Assembly (NCBI GenBank): GCA_003135555.1
Contig: PLCF01000072.1
Location: forward strand, 19,470-83,469
Source of the DNA: Vulcanimicrobiota bacterium
GTDB taxonomy: Bacteria; Vulcanimicrobiota; Vulcanimicrobiia; Vulcanimicrobiales; Vulcanimicrobiaceae
Direction of reading: 5' to 3'
DNA length: 64,000 bases
Shown here: positions 11,187 through 20,655 of the stretch, piece after piece
How the letters are laid out: every line of letters begins with the position of its first letter
Numbering within the stretch: position 1 is the first letter of the stretch
Program-made: the position numbers and the translations under genes
The notes under the pieces: generated by a model
Database searches by the model: none
The model's input: the letters and a program-made list of their open reading frames with translations, nothing else
What the model was told of the DNA's origin: nothing

Positions 11187-12174
11187 GAAAGCTGCGCGCG
11201 TTCCCGCCCAGGATCGCGGCGCGCGCGGCCGCGTCGAGCCCTGGGATGTTCGCGACGGTCCCGCGCGGGTCGTCGATCCCCATGTCGAACGGACGGTCGG
11301 TCCCGACCACGACCCGGCCCGGACCGACGCGTTCGACGAGGTACGCGAGCAGCGCGTCGTCGTGCGTGACGATGTCGAAGTAGAGTTGCGCGAGGTAGGC
11401 GCTGGGCGGCTTGGGGATCGTCTTGGTTTCGGGCCGTACTCGGTACCCGTGGTCGAGCCGTCCGGCGATCGCCGCCAGCGTACCGCCGCCGTGGGCCAGG
11501 ATCATGGTGAGCTGCGGAAAGCGCTCGAACACCCCCGCGAAGATCAGCCGCGCGGCGATCAACGCTGTCTCCGACGGATTCCCGAACAGGTTGCCCAGGT
11601 AGTAGGCCCCGGCACGCGTGCCGCCGAGCTCGTGGTGCGGGTGCATGAACACCGGCACGCCGAGCGTGCAGCAGGCGCTCCAGAATGGGTCGAGCGCGGG
11701 GTCGTCGAGCGGCGCACCCGCGACGCTCGAGCCGATCTCTACACCCCAGCATCCCAGCTGTTCGACCGCGCGGCGCAGCTCGACGACCGCGGCACGGGGC
11801 GACTGCAGCGGCACGGTTGCAAACGTCGCAAAGCCCTGCGGGGCGCGCGCGGCCGCGGCGGCCAGCGCGTCGTTGCCGGCCCGGCAGATCGCGGCGCCCA
11901 GCTCAGGCTCCGCTCCGTAGGCAAAGTAGAACGGCGGCAGGCACAGGATCTGGCGGTCGATCCCCTGCTCGGCGGCGAGCGCGGCACGCGCGTCGAGATC
12001 GTAGAGCAGCGGGAAATACGGCAAGCGGGATCGCTCGGCCGCGTAGCCGCAGACCGAACGGTCGAGGTCGACAACCCCGGCGTCCTTGCGGGCATCGATC
12101 AGCCCACGCCGGCGCAGCGCAGCGACGAAGGCGTCGGGGAGAAAGTGCGCGTGGCAATCGATGCAGAGCGGCAT
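11113..12174 (-). CDS. amidohydrolase-2 family protein (ACMSD/aromatic decarboxylase-like)
   Basis: IDCHAH, PVFMHP, AHGGG, LYFD and GTDRPF. Confidence 0.88.
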   Translation of the reverse strand: MPLCIDCHAHFLPDAFVAALRRRGLIDARKDAGVVDLDRSVCGYAAERSRLPYFPLLYDLDARAALAAEQGIDRQILCLPPFYFAYGAEPELGAAICRAGNDALAAAAARAPQGFATFATVPLQSPRAAVVELRRAVEQLGCWGVEIGSSVAGAPLDDPALDPFWSACCTLGVPVFMHPHHELGGTRAGAYYLGNLFGNPSETALIAARLIFAGVFERFPQLTMILAHGGGTLAAIAGRLDHGYRVRPETKTIPKPPSAYLAQLYFDIVTHDDALLAYLVERVGPGRVVVGTDRPFDMGIDDPRGTVANIPGLDAAARAAILGGNARSFLTRARDLDEVAQRGSSAPLPAHAP

Positions 12175-12199
12175 GTGCCTCCTCGTCCTGCGGCAGGCC

Positions 12200-12237
12200 T
12201 TGACACGCGCCGTGCCACCGTGTTTTATCGATAGATA
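12200..12237. promoter_or_regulatory. sigma70-type -35 box plus putative TetR operator, site 2
   Basis: TTGACA at 12200-12205 and AT-rich TTTTATCGATAGATAAA between the divergent amidohydrolase and flavin reductase genes. Confidence 0.5.
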
Positions 12238-12246
12238 AATAACCCT

Positions 12247-12819
12247 TTGGCCGCTGTCATCCTGTCACCGCAACCTGTCGAAACGCTGAGGAAGGGGGAC
12301 CGAACGACGGACGACGAGCCGACGACCCCGACTTTCGACGCGCGTGACCTGCGCAGCGCGTTGGGCACCTTTGCGACCGGCGTCGCGATCGTCACGACGC
12401 GCGATCCCGAAGGACGGCTCTACGGGCTGACCGCGAACTCGTTCAGCTCGGTGTCGCTCGACCCGCCGCTGGTGCTGTGGGGACTCTCCCGAAACGCGCC
12501 AAGCCTGCCGGCATTCCGAGCCGCCACGCACTTCGGCGTCAACGTGCTGGGCATGGAGCACCGCGAGCTCTCGGTGCGCTTCGCGCGCGGACAGGCCAAC
12601 AAGTTCGACGGCGTCGGCTACGTGCTCGGTGAGTACGGCGTCCCGCTGATCGAGGGTGCCGCCGCGCACTTCGAGTGCCGCATCGTCGACCGCTACTACG
12701 GCGGCGATCACGAGATCTTCCTCGGCCACGTCGAACGCTACGCCTACGAGCGCAAGCCGACGCTTCTGTTCTGCCACGGCGCCTATCATCGCGCCCACCC
12801 GCTCGACGAGGATGCTTAG
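12247..12819 (+). CDS. flavin reductase (HpaC/RutF-like); start uncertain
   Basis: LRSALGTFATGVAIVT, GLTANSFSSVSLDPPLVL and GGDHEIFLG. Confidence 0.92.
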   Translation: MAAVILSPQPVETLRKGDRTTDDEPTTPTFDARDLRSALGTFATGVAIVTTRDPEGRLYGLTANSFSSVSLDPPLVLWGLSRNAPSLPAFRAATHFGVNVLGMEHRELSVRFARGQANKFDGVGYVLGEYGVPLIEGAAAHFECRIVDRYYGGDHEIFLGHVERYAYERKPTLLFCHGAYHRAHPLDEDA

Positions 12820-13352
12820 CGCGGCGCCGGCGACGGCTCCGGCGTCGCGGGGAACATGCGTATCACCGGTGACGTCACCGTTCCGCCGGGCGGAATGAAG
12901 TCGTGGATCGGGCCGCCGACGGTCCCCAGACTGTTCACGTACGCGTAGATGGCGTGCAAGTCGGCGTCGCTGAGCGCTTGGAGGTTCGACCACGGCATCG
13001 GCGGATGCACTTCGAACGGCGGCTTGCGCACCACGGCCATCCAGCGCGCTTCCGGGACGCGGGTGAAGAACAGGCGCAGGTTGATCGCGTACGACGTGCC
13101 CCACGGACCTTGAAAGCCGACGGGATTTCCGGCCAGGCGCTGCGCCTCGGGGATCTGACCCTTCGCCTGCGCGAACCCCGGCGTATGACACTCGTTGCAG
13201 CCGCCGTAATTTACCAAGTACCGTCCCGCCGCGATCGCGTCGCCGGCGGCAACATGCGGCTCCGTATCGGCGCCGGCGCCGCTGCGCAACCCGACCGGCA
13301 CGAGCAGCGCGCACCACAGAACGGCGAGGCCGAGAATCAGCCGCAAGCGCAT
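12816..13352 (-). CDS. periplasmic mono-heme cytochrome c
   Basis: Signal peptide, GRYLV..GGCNECHTPG, GPWG.SYA.NL and PPMPW. GGAGG RBS precedes the ATG at 13352. Confidence 0.85.
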   Translation of the reverse strand: MRLRLILGLAVLWCALLVPVGLRSGAGADTEPHVAAGDAIAAGRYLVNYGGCNECHTPGFAQAKGQIPEAQRLAGNPVGFQGPWGTSYAINLRLFFTRVPEARWMAVVRKPPFEVHPPMPWSNLQALSDADLHAIYAYVNSLGTVGGPIHDFIPPGGTVTSPVIRMFPATPEPSPAPR

Positions 13353-13395
13353 GGCAGCTACCTCCGATACGGACTGATCGGCGTGTCCGGAGTGA

Positions 13396-15132
13396 TCACC
13401 TGTCCGCGGGGACGATCGGCAGCAGCAGGTACGCCGTGCGATCGGCTCCCGCATGGAGCGCGTTCGTGCCGCCGAACACCTGCGCGGGCCGGTCGCGGGG
13501 GTCGTCATGCAAGAACGGACCGCTGCCCGTCATCTCGTTCTTGAAGTTCGAGAGCCGGCCCCCGGTCGGGCCGGGGTAGACATAATCGCTGCCGCGCACC
13601 GTCAACGCGAGACGGTATCCCGCGGGCAGCACGATCGACGTCGGCCACAGCTCGACGTCGAGCTGCACCGGCTCGTCGGGCACGAGCGGCTCGGCGGCGG
13701 CGTGGGTGTGATGGGGCCGGTACTCGGTCGTCAGCACCGGATCGAGCGCGCGGTGCGACGCCCGCAGCCAGCCCTGGGCGAGCGGGGTGTGCGGATCGAT
13801 CGCGCCTTGGAAGACGACCTCCTCGCCGTCGGGTGCAAAGGCGCGCAGGATGGCGAAGACGTCTGCATCCGGGGTTGTGGAGGACAGAAACAGGCGCGCC
13901 GCGAGGGGACCGGTGATCTCGGTCTCGCGCTCCAGCGCTGCGGCAACGAACGTGACGCCCTCGCCCAGCGCGTTGTACTCGACGCGCGCCGGCTCCGTCG
14001 GCGGCTCGGTGCGAAGTGCGCGCCCGTCGAGATCGAGGTACAACTTCGTCCACCGCGTACCCTCGAGCGGCCACGCATCCGCGTGACGTTCGACGAACTC
14101 GTCGAGCCGGCGCACCTGCAAGCGCACGCGCGGCCAGTCGCGCAGGCTGTCCTCGTCCTTGAGGTAGTGCGCGAAAAACTGCTTCTGCAGCGCGACGCCG
14201 TAGTCGGTGTAGAACTCGGTCCAGTGCTCGATCCCGTGCACCTCGAGCCATTTGTCGCGCGACGCCGCGCGCACGAAGCCTTCGAAGTTCCCGCGCGGAT
14301 GCAACCCTTGGCCGCCCCAGTTCGCCGCGGACAAGAACGGGACGACGACGCGCTCCCAGTCCGGCGAGCGGCTGCGGTGATAGTCGTCGTCGAGCGGATG
14401 CGCCAGGATGTCGGCGCCGAAATCGGCCCGGTTGCGCGCCAGGTCCTCATCGGGAAGGGTCTCGGGGCCACAGACGAACTCGCCGGTGACGCGGCTGCGC
14501 GGACCGTGCTCGCCCCGACCGTACTGTACGCTCTTGACCTGCAGGTCGTACCAGTTCTGCGCGAAGGTGCACAGGATGCCGCCGTGGTGGGTGAGATCGC
14601 GATAGAAGTCGGCTGCGCCTTCCCACACGCACATCGCGGCGAGGTGCGGCGGCTGCAGCGCCGCGACGTACCACTGGTTCATCGCATAGTAGGAGATGCC
14701 GTTGAGGCCGACCTTGCCGCTGCTCCACGGCTGCGAACCGGCCCACTCGATGCACAGCGCCAGATCGCGCGTCTCGCGCGGCGACCACGGATCGAGAAAG
14801 CCCGGCGAACGCCCGGCCCCGCGCGAGTCGACGCGCACGCACGCGTATCCGGCCGGAACCCACTTCTCGGGATCGACGACCTCCCAGTTCTGGTACCGAT
14901 TCGTCGAGCCGGCAGTCACGTCGGGATGCTGCGCGGCCATCCGTTCCCACGCGCTCGGGTAGCCGTCCTGAAATGCGAGCCCTTTGGCGTACGGTCCGTA
15001 GCTCAGGATGACGGGGTGCGGGCCGAGCCCGACCGGGCGGAAGACGTCGGCGCGCAGCATGATACCGTCGTCCATCCCGATCGGCACGTCCCAGTCGATC
15101 TGCATGGCAGGGTCGTCGCGCTCGCGCTCCAT
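13396..15132 (-). CDS. CocE/NonD-family serine hydrolase (peptidase S15)
   Basis: DDG..LRADVFRP, DSRGAGRS.G, WSSGKVGLNGISY and GWLRASHR. Start is 15132 or 15105. Confidence 0.9.
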   Translation of the reverse strand: MERERDDPAMQIDWDVPIGMDDGIMLRADVFRPVGLGPHPVILSYGPYAKGLAFQDGYPSAWERMAAQHPDVTAGSTNRYQNWEVVDPEKWVPAGYACVRVDSRGAGRSPGFLDPWSPRETRDLALCIEWAGSQPWSSGKVGLNGISYYAMNQWYVAALQPPHLAAMCVWEGAADFYRDLTHHGGILCTFAQNWYDLQVKSVQYGRGEHGPRSRVTGEFVCGPETLPDEDLARNRADFGADILAHPLDDDYHRSRSPDWERVVVPFLSAANWGGQGLHPRGNFEGFVRAASRDKWLEVHGIEHWTEFYTDYGVALQKQFFAHYLKDEDSLRDWPRVRLQVRRLDEFVERHADAWPLEGTRWTKLYLDLDGRALRTEPPTEPARVEYNALGEGVTFVAAALERETEITGPLAARLFLSSTTPDADVFAILRAFAPDGEEVVFQGAIDPHTPLAQGWLRASHRALDPVLTTEYRPHHTHAAAEPLVPDEPVQLDVELWPTSIVLPAGYRLALTVRGSDYVYPGPTGGRLSNFKNEMTGSGPFLHDDPRDRPAQVFGGTNALHAGADRTAYLLLPIVPADR

Positions 15133-15191
15133 ATGTTCATCTACGCGGACGCGGACTGTTCTCCCACCCGCGAACTCGAGGCTCACGCAGC

Positions 15192-16697
15192 ATGACGACG
15201 TTGGACGGAACCGCAGTACACGGACATTTCATCGACGGGCACGAGCGCGCGAGCGCCGATGGCCGTACGTTCGAAGTCCGCAATCCCGCCAACGGTGAGC
15301 TCGTCGCGCGCGTCGCCGAAGGCGGCGCGGCGGAGATCGGCCTCGCGATCGATGCCGCGAGCGCGGCCTTCGACGCGGGCTGTTGGTCGCGGCTGCCGGT
15401 GCGGGAGCGACATCGCATCCTCAACCGGCTCGCCGACCGGCTTGAAGCCGCGCTGCCGGAGTTGGCCACGCTCGAGTCGACCTGCGTCGGGCGCCCGCTG
15501 CGCGAGATGCGGGCCCAGCTCGGGCGCCTCCCGGAGTTCTACCGCTACTTCGCGGCGGTCGCGCGGACCGCCGAAGACGCCGTGACGCCGTTCGAGGGCG
15601 CCTATCTGAACTACGTGCGGCGGGTACCGCTGGGCGTCGTCGGCCAGCTCACGCCGTGGAACCATCCGCTGCTCATTTTGACCAAGAAGCTCGCGCCGGC
15701 GCTCGCGGCCGGAAACTGCGTGGTCGTCAAGCCGTCCGAGCTCACGCCCCTCACCACGCTCGCGCTGGCGGCGCTCGCGCGCGACGCGGGGTTGCCCGAC
15801 GGCGTCTTCAACGTCGTCACCGGATTCGGCGCCGAAGCGGGCGCCGCGCTGTGCACCGATCGGCGGCTGCGTAAGCTCGATCTGACCGGCGGGACCGAGA
15901 CCGGCCGCGTGGTGGCCAAGCTCGCCGGTGAAAACCTCATCCGGGTCACCTGCGAGCTGGGCGGCAAAGCGCCGGTGATCGTGCTCCCAGACGCCGACCT
16001 CGACCGCGCCGCCGCCGGGGCGACCTTCGCCGCGTTCATCGCGTCGGGGCAGACCTGCGTCGCCGGAACACGAGTTCTGGTTCATGAAAGTCAAGCCGCC
16101 GCGCTGGTCGATCGCATGGTGCGGCGGGCCCGCGCGATCCGCCTCGGCGACCCGCTCGACCTTGCGACGCAGCTCGGCCCGCTGGTTTCGGCGGCGCAAC
16201 TCGAGCGCACCGAGCGCTACGTCGAGATCGGCCGCGCCGCGGGCGCTACCGTGGCCTGCGGCGGACGCCGCCCGGGCGGCGCGCTCGGGTCGGGCTTCTT
16301 CTACGAGCCGACCATCTTCGCCGGCGTCCAACCGTCGATGCGGATCGCGCAGGACGAGATCTTCGGGCCGGTCACCTGCGTGCTGACGTACCGCGACGAC
16401 GACGAGGCCGTGCGGATCGCCAACGACATTCCGTTCGGCCTGGCGGCATCGATCTGGACCGGCGATGCCGCGCGCGGGATGAAGCTCGCCGAACGCTTGG
16501 AGTGCGGGGTCATCTGGATCAACGACCACCACCGCATCGATCCCGCGCTCCCGTGGGGCGGGATGAAAGACAGCGGGATGGGCCGGGAAGCCGGCCTCGA
16601 CGGCTACCGCGAGTACACGACGACCAAGAGTGTGATCGTCAACCTGGACGAGCCGGTCGACTGGTACGCGACCGACGACATCGTGCGGCTCAGCTGA
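15192..16697 (+). CDS. aldehyde dehydrogenase
   Basis: TPWNHP, KPSE, ELGGK, SGQTCVAG, EIFGPV and PWGG.K.SG.GRE. Confidence 0.95.
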   Translation: MTTLDGTAVHGHFIDGHERASADGRTFEVRNPANGELVARVAEGGAAEIGLAIDAASAAFDAGCWSRLPVRERHRILNRLADRLEAALPELATLESTCVGRPLREMRAQLGRLPEFYRYFAAVARTAEDAVTPFEGAYLNYVRRVPLGVVGQLTPWNHPLLILTKKLAPALAAGNCVVVKPSELTPLTTLALAALARDAGLPDGVFNVVTGFGAEAGAALCTDRRLRKLDLTGGTETGRVVAKLAGENLIRVTCELGGKAPVIVLPDADLDRAAAGATFAAFIASGQTCVAGTRVLVHESQAAALVDRMVRRARAIRLGDPLDLATQLGPLVSAAQLERTERYVEIGRAAGATVACGGRRPGGALGSGFFYEPTIFAGVQPSMRIAQDEIFGPVTCVLTYRDDDEAVRIANDIPFGLAASIWTGDAARGMKLAERLECGVIWINDHHRIDPALPWGGMKDSGMGREAGLDGYREYTTTKSVIVNLDEPVDWYATDDIVRLS

Positions 16698-16774
16698 GAT
16701 GGGGGCAACGCACCGGCGCCGCTCCCGGCTTGCCGCCCGCGAGGAAACGCGCGGGCGCGCGTGAAGAGCCGTCC

Positions 16775-17251
16775 ATGATTCGAGTCGACGTCGCAGAGCT
16801 GGCCGAGCGGTTGGAATCCAATGCTGCGGAGTTGGCCGAGCTCATTGCGTCGTTTCCCGCCCAGTCGCGCTCGGCGCCGCTCGGCGACGAGTTCTCGGCG
16901 GTCGAGCACACCTGTCATCTGCGCGACCTCGAGCGCGACGGATTCACGCCGCGCATACGCAGCGTCATCACCGACAACGATCCGGTGCTGTTCGGTTTCG
17001 ACGGAGCGGGCGTCGCCGCGGCGGCGGACTACCGCTCCGAAAATACCATCACCGCGCTGAACGATTTCCTCGAAGCGCGCAAAGCCAACGTCGACACGTT
17101 GCGCGCCCTGCCCGAGGCAGGATTCTCACGCGTCGGTCACTATGAGGGCAGCGCCCCCATCACCCTTGGCGACGTCGTGGCCGGGATGCTCGATCACGAT
17201 CGGGACCATCTCGGCCGCCTCCAAACGATGCTCGCGCAAACCACCGGCTGA
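16775..17251 (+). CDS. DinB-family protein
   Basis: FSAVEHTCHLRDLE and C-terminal HDRDH metal triad. ATG at 16775. Confidence 0.8.
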   Translation: MIRVDVAELAERLESNAAELAELIASFPAQSRSAPLGDEFSAVEHTCHLRDLERDGFTPRIRSVITDNDPVLFGFDGAGVAAAADYRSENTITALNDFLEARKANVDTLRALPEAGFSRVGHYEGSAPITLGDVVAGMLDHDRDHLGRLQTMLAQTTG

Positions 17252-17287
17252 CCGTCAAGGGCGGTGTCGTCCAGACCGAAGTGACGG

Positions 17288-18292
17288 TCACCAATTGCAG
17301 AATGGCGGAGTGGGCGGCGCCGGGGTCCCTTTCGGTGCGGGCGTCGCTGCCGGTGGGACCGACGGTGGCGCGGAGCTCGTCTTCGGCGTATTGCCGCAGA
17401 CCGAATCGAGCTGCTCCTTCATCAAGTGGCCGATCGCGTCGTCCGCTGCGCGCAGGGCTTGTGACTCGGCGGTGGTTTGGCCGCCGATGGTCGAGCCAAG
17501 GCCATTCCCGGCAAACGCGCTGAGCACGTTGCCTTGCAGGCCCGCCGTGCCCCCGGCATTGAGCACGCTCGATTGCTGCGTCTGCACCGATGCTCGCGCA
17601 CCGGTCGCCGGGAGCGGCGCGGGCGTCGGAAACACCGTCGTCGACGTCGTCTGATACGTCCGTTGCGGTGAAAACGCGAGATAGATCGTCGTCAGCACGG
17701 CGAGCGGGAAGAACTCGATCTGCGAGCGCCCGTACTTCCCGGACGCGACATATGATGCCCACACCACGGATGCCTCACCGCTGATCGCGGCTGGGCCTGG
17801 ACTGGGGGACGACGCGTCGGGCGCCGGCGACGGCGCCAACTTGGGATGACATTCCGCAACGAGGATGCTGAGCGTCACATCGGTCGAGTTACGAAGCAGC
17901 GCGATCCAGTTCTCCGTCGAATTCGCGCTCGACGGCGGCAACACGATGAATGCCCCCAGCGTATGCGTGGGATCCATTCGGCATTGTTCGAGATAATCGC
18001 CAAGCGTCCACTGACCCTCGGGAACGATCCACGCATTGGAGCGCACGGGGCCGATATTCTGCTGCCCGTTGTCGTGCAATCGCTTGGCCATGAGCACGGC
18101 GATCTTTCCGTTGATCGCGGGGTCGCCGAGCGCCATCGTGAAGACGACCGGATGATTGAAGGTGATCAACGGCGGCGGCGATTTTTCGACCTGAGCCGAC
18201 GCGCGCAACGATCCGGTGCCGGCGAGGCCGACCACCATCGCCAAAGTACCGACGAGTACGGAAACCGTACGAATCGGAACGATTCGAATCAT
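17288..18292 (-). CDS. hypothetical exported protein
   Basis: Long ORF with a signal-peptide-like N-terminus and Pro-rich linkers. No recognisable domain. Confidence 0.6.
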   Translation of the reverse strand: MIRIVPIRTVSVLVGTLAMVVGLAGTGSLRASAQVEKSPPPLITFNHPVVFTMALGDPAINGKIAVLMAKRLHDNGQQNIGPVRSNAWIVPEGQWTLGDYLEQCRMDPTHTLGAFIVLPPSSANSTENWIALLRNSTDVTLSILVAECHPKLAPSPAPDASSPSPGPAAISGEASVVWASYVASGKYGRSQIEFFPLAVLTTIYLAFSPQRTYQTTSTTVFPTPAPLPATGARASVQTQQSSVLNAGGTAGLQGNVLSAFAGNGLGSTIGGQTTAESQALRAADDAIGHLMKEQLDSVCGNTPKTSSAPPSVPPAATPAPKGTPAPPTPPFCNW

Positions 18293-18373
18293 CTGTAGCT
18301 CCAAGTGCTGGGGCCGCGACGGTTCGTTCGCCCAACGAAGGAGCCCTTCGCCTCGTTTCCAGCCCTTCGCGGG

Positions 18374-19450
18374 TCACGACATCACGGTGGCGCGTGCGGC
18401 TGCTGCCCAGGGGTCGACCAGCAGCTTGATGTGCGCGGCGCGGCCTTCGAGCAGCGGCACGATCCCGTCCTCGACGAGGCGCTCGAGCGGGATCGCTTGC
18501 GGTGCGACGTCTTGCCAGAGGTCGGGCTCCGATGCGAGCAGCCGGGCGGCCTCGGGAACGTCGTCGCGGCCGATGAGCGCGTTGGTCCCGACAATCTCGA
18601 GCTCTTTGGTCGTCACCCGGCGCAGGTCGAGCGCGATCGGATGTTTCGCGATCCCGACCTCGACGACGCGGCCGCCGGGTTCGACCGCCGCGACCGCGGC
18701 GGCGACCCCCTCGTCCGTTCCGGTGACCTCGAACACCAGCGCCGGTGCGAAGCCGGCATCGACGGCCGCGGGTGAGAGCATCGTCGCGACCGCCCCGAGC
18801 CGCCGCGCGACGGCGAGGCGTTCGGGCGAGACGTCGGCGGCGACCACCGCCGCGCCGTGACGCGCGAGCGCAAAGATCAAGAACGAGCCGATCCCGCCCG
18901 CGCCGATGACGAGCACGTTCGCGCCCGCACGCGGGCGCCCGCGGCGCAGCGCGTGGACCGCGATGGCCATCGGCTGCGTCAGCACGGCGGCGTCTGCGCT
19001 GAGCCCGAAAGGGGCGGCGCGGAACACGATGTGCGCAGGGACGCGCACGAACTGCGCCAAGCCGCCGTCGCGGTGCAGCCCGACCGTCGCATACCGGGCG
19101 CAGATGCTGGTCCGGCCGGCGCGGCACTGCGCGCACTCCCCGCACCACAGCGCGGCGCCGGTCACGATCGCGTCGCCCTCGGCGAACCCGTCGACCCCCG
19201 CGCCGATCTCGGCGATCGTTCCGGCGAACTCGTGGCCCGGAATCAACGGACCCTCGTGACCCGTGAGGCCGTGGCGCGCGTGCAGCGGGTACATCTGCGG
19301 TCCGGCGAACTCAGCGGCGTCGGTGCCGCAGATGCCGTTGGCGTGGACGCGCACGAGCACTTCACCCGGCGCGGGGCGCGGGCGCGGAACCTCTTCGATG
19401 CGGATGTCGCGCGGACCGTGGCAGACCGCGGCGCGCATGGTCGCCGCCAT
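18374..19450 (-). CDS. zinc-binding (MDR) dehydrogenase, butanediol/sorbitol dehydrogenase-like
   Basis: GICGTD, GHEFAG, CGECAQC..G..SIC and GAGGIG. Confidence 0.92.
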   Translation of the reverse strand: MAATMRAAVCHGPRDIRIEEVPRPRPAPGEVLVRVHANGICGTDAAEFAGPQMYPLHARHGLTGHEGPLIPGHEFAGTIAEIGAGVDGFAEGDAIVTGAALWCGECAQCRAGRTSICARYATVGLHRDGGLAQFVRVPAHIVFRAAPFGLSADAAVLTQPMAIAVHALRRGRPRAGANVLVIGAGGIGSFLIFALARHGAAVVAADVSPERLAVARRLGAVATMLSPAAVDAGFAPALVFEVTGTDEGVAAAVAAVEPGGRVVEVGIAKHPIALDLRRVTTKELEIVGTNALIGRDDVPEAARLLASEPDLWQDVAPQAIPLERLVEDGIVPLLEGRAAHIKLLVDPWAAAARATVMS

Positions 19451-19509
19451 GGTCCCCGCAGTTACGCGGCGCGGGGGCGGCGGCCTCCGCACGTGGAAGC
19501 CGTGCGGTG

Positions 19510-20403
19510 ATGCAGTCTCACGGCCGCACGATCTACACGCCGGCCTACGCGCGGCCGGCGCTGGGGCCGTTCCCCGGCGGCGCGCGGCTCGCGCTGCACC
19601 TCATCGTCAACGTCGAGGTGTGGGATTACAACGCGCCCCTGCCGCGCACGGCGCTACCGCCACCGCTCGGCGGCGGAACCGTGCCCGACGTGCCCAACTT
19701 CGCGTGGTATCAGTACGGTCAGCGCGTCGGCATCTGGCGGTTGCTCGACACGCTGGGGCGCCACGACGCGCGCGCGACGCTGAGCGTCAACTCCGCCGTG
19801 TGCCGGGAGTATCCCGCGATCATCGAGCGCACCGTCGCAGCCGGGTGGGAGATGATGCCGCACGGCGTCGTGCAGCGCACGATGGCGACCGTCGACGACG
19901 AACGCGCCGTCATCGACGCGGCGCTCGCCGAACTCGAAGCCGCCACCGGTACGCGGCCGCGCGGCTGGCTCGGCCCGGCCCTGGTCGAGACGCCGCGAAC
20001 CTTGGACCTGCTCGGCGCGGCGGGCTTGGAGTACTGCTGCGACTGGGGGCCGGCCGATGACGTGCCCTACGACCTCGTCGTCGAGGGCGGGCGAATGGTG
20101 GCGATTCCGTACCCGGTCGATACGAACGACATCGTGGTCTTCGCCGTCGAACACCACTCGGCCGAGGAGCTCTATCATCGCTGCGCGGCCGCGCTCCAGA
20201 CGCTGCACGCGGAGAGCGCGACGTCACCGCGCGTATTGGCGATCGCGCTGCATCCGTACCTGACCGGCACCGCACACCGCATCGGCGTGCTGGACCGGAT
20301 CCTCGAGCTGGCCCGCACACAGTACGGCGCTTGCATCATGACCGCCGGCGAGCTGCTCGACTGGTACGTCGCCCAGACGCCACAGCCGCAGCGATCAGCG
20401 TAG
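19510..20403 (+). CDS. polysaccharide deacetylase-family hydrolase (PuuE allantoinase-like)
   Basis: VNVE, W..YG.RVGIWRL, PRGWLGP and LHPYLTG. Confidence 0.85.
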   Translation: MQSHGRTIYTPAYARPALGPFPGGARLALHLIVNVEVWDYNAPLPRTALPPPLGGGTVPDVPNFAWYQYGQRVGIWRLLDTLGRHDARATLSVNSAVCREYPAIIERTVAAGWEMMPHGVVQRTMATVDDERAVIDAALAELEAATGTRPRGWLGPALVETPRTLDLLGAAGLEYCCDWGPADDVPYDLVVEGGRMVAIPYPVDTNDIVVFAVEHHSAEELYHRCAAALQTLHAESATSPRVLAIALHPYLTGTAHRIGVLDRILELARTQYGACIMTAGELLDWYVAQTPQPQRSA

Positions 20404-20643
20404 CCCCGAGCTTTCCGGGGCGATCACGTCGCGCGTCGACCCGAAGATCGCCCACCCGAGAACGGCGAACCACGCTAACACGAACCATCCGAGCCCGAGG
20501 TTCAGCACAACAATCGCGACGCGCTGCGGGCGCCCCAGCGAGGGACGAGCGAGTGCAACGATCGCCGGGAGGAAATAGAGACGTGTCGACAGCTCCCAAG
20601 CGACGAACCACACTTCGCGCAGGAACGCCGCCGCGAACTCCAT
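20395..20643 (-). CDS. superinfection immunity-family small membrane protein
   Basis: YFLPAIVA..R...AI.VLNL.LGW....W...L.WA matches the T4 Imm-like (Imm_superinfect) pattern. Confidence 0.75.
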   Translation of the reverse strand: MEFAAAFLREVWFVAWELSTRLYFLPAIVALARPSLGRPQRVAIVVLNLGLGWFVLAWFAVLGWAIFGSTRDVIAPESSGLR

Positions 20644-20655
20644 CGTGCCGCCGGG

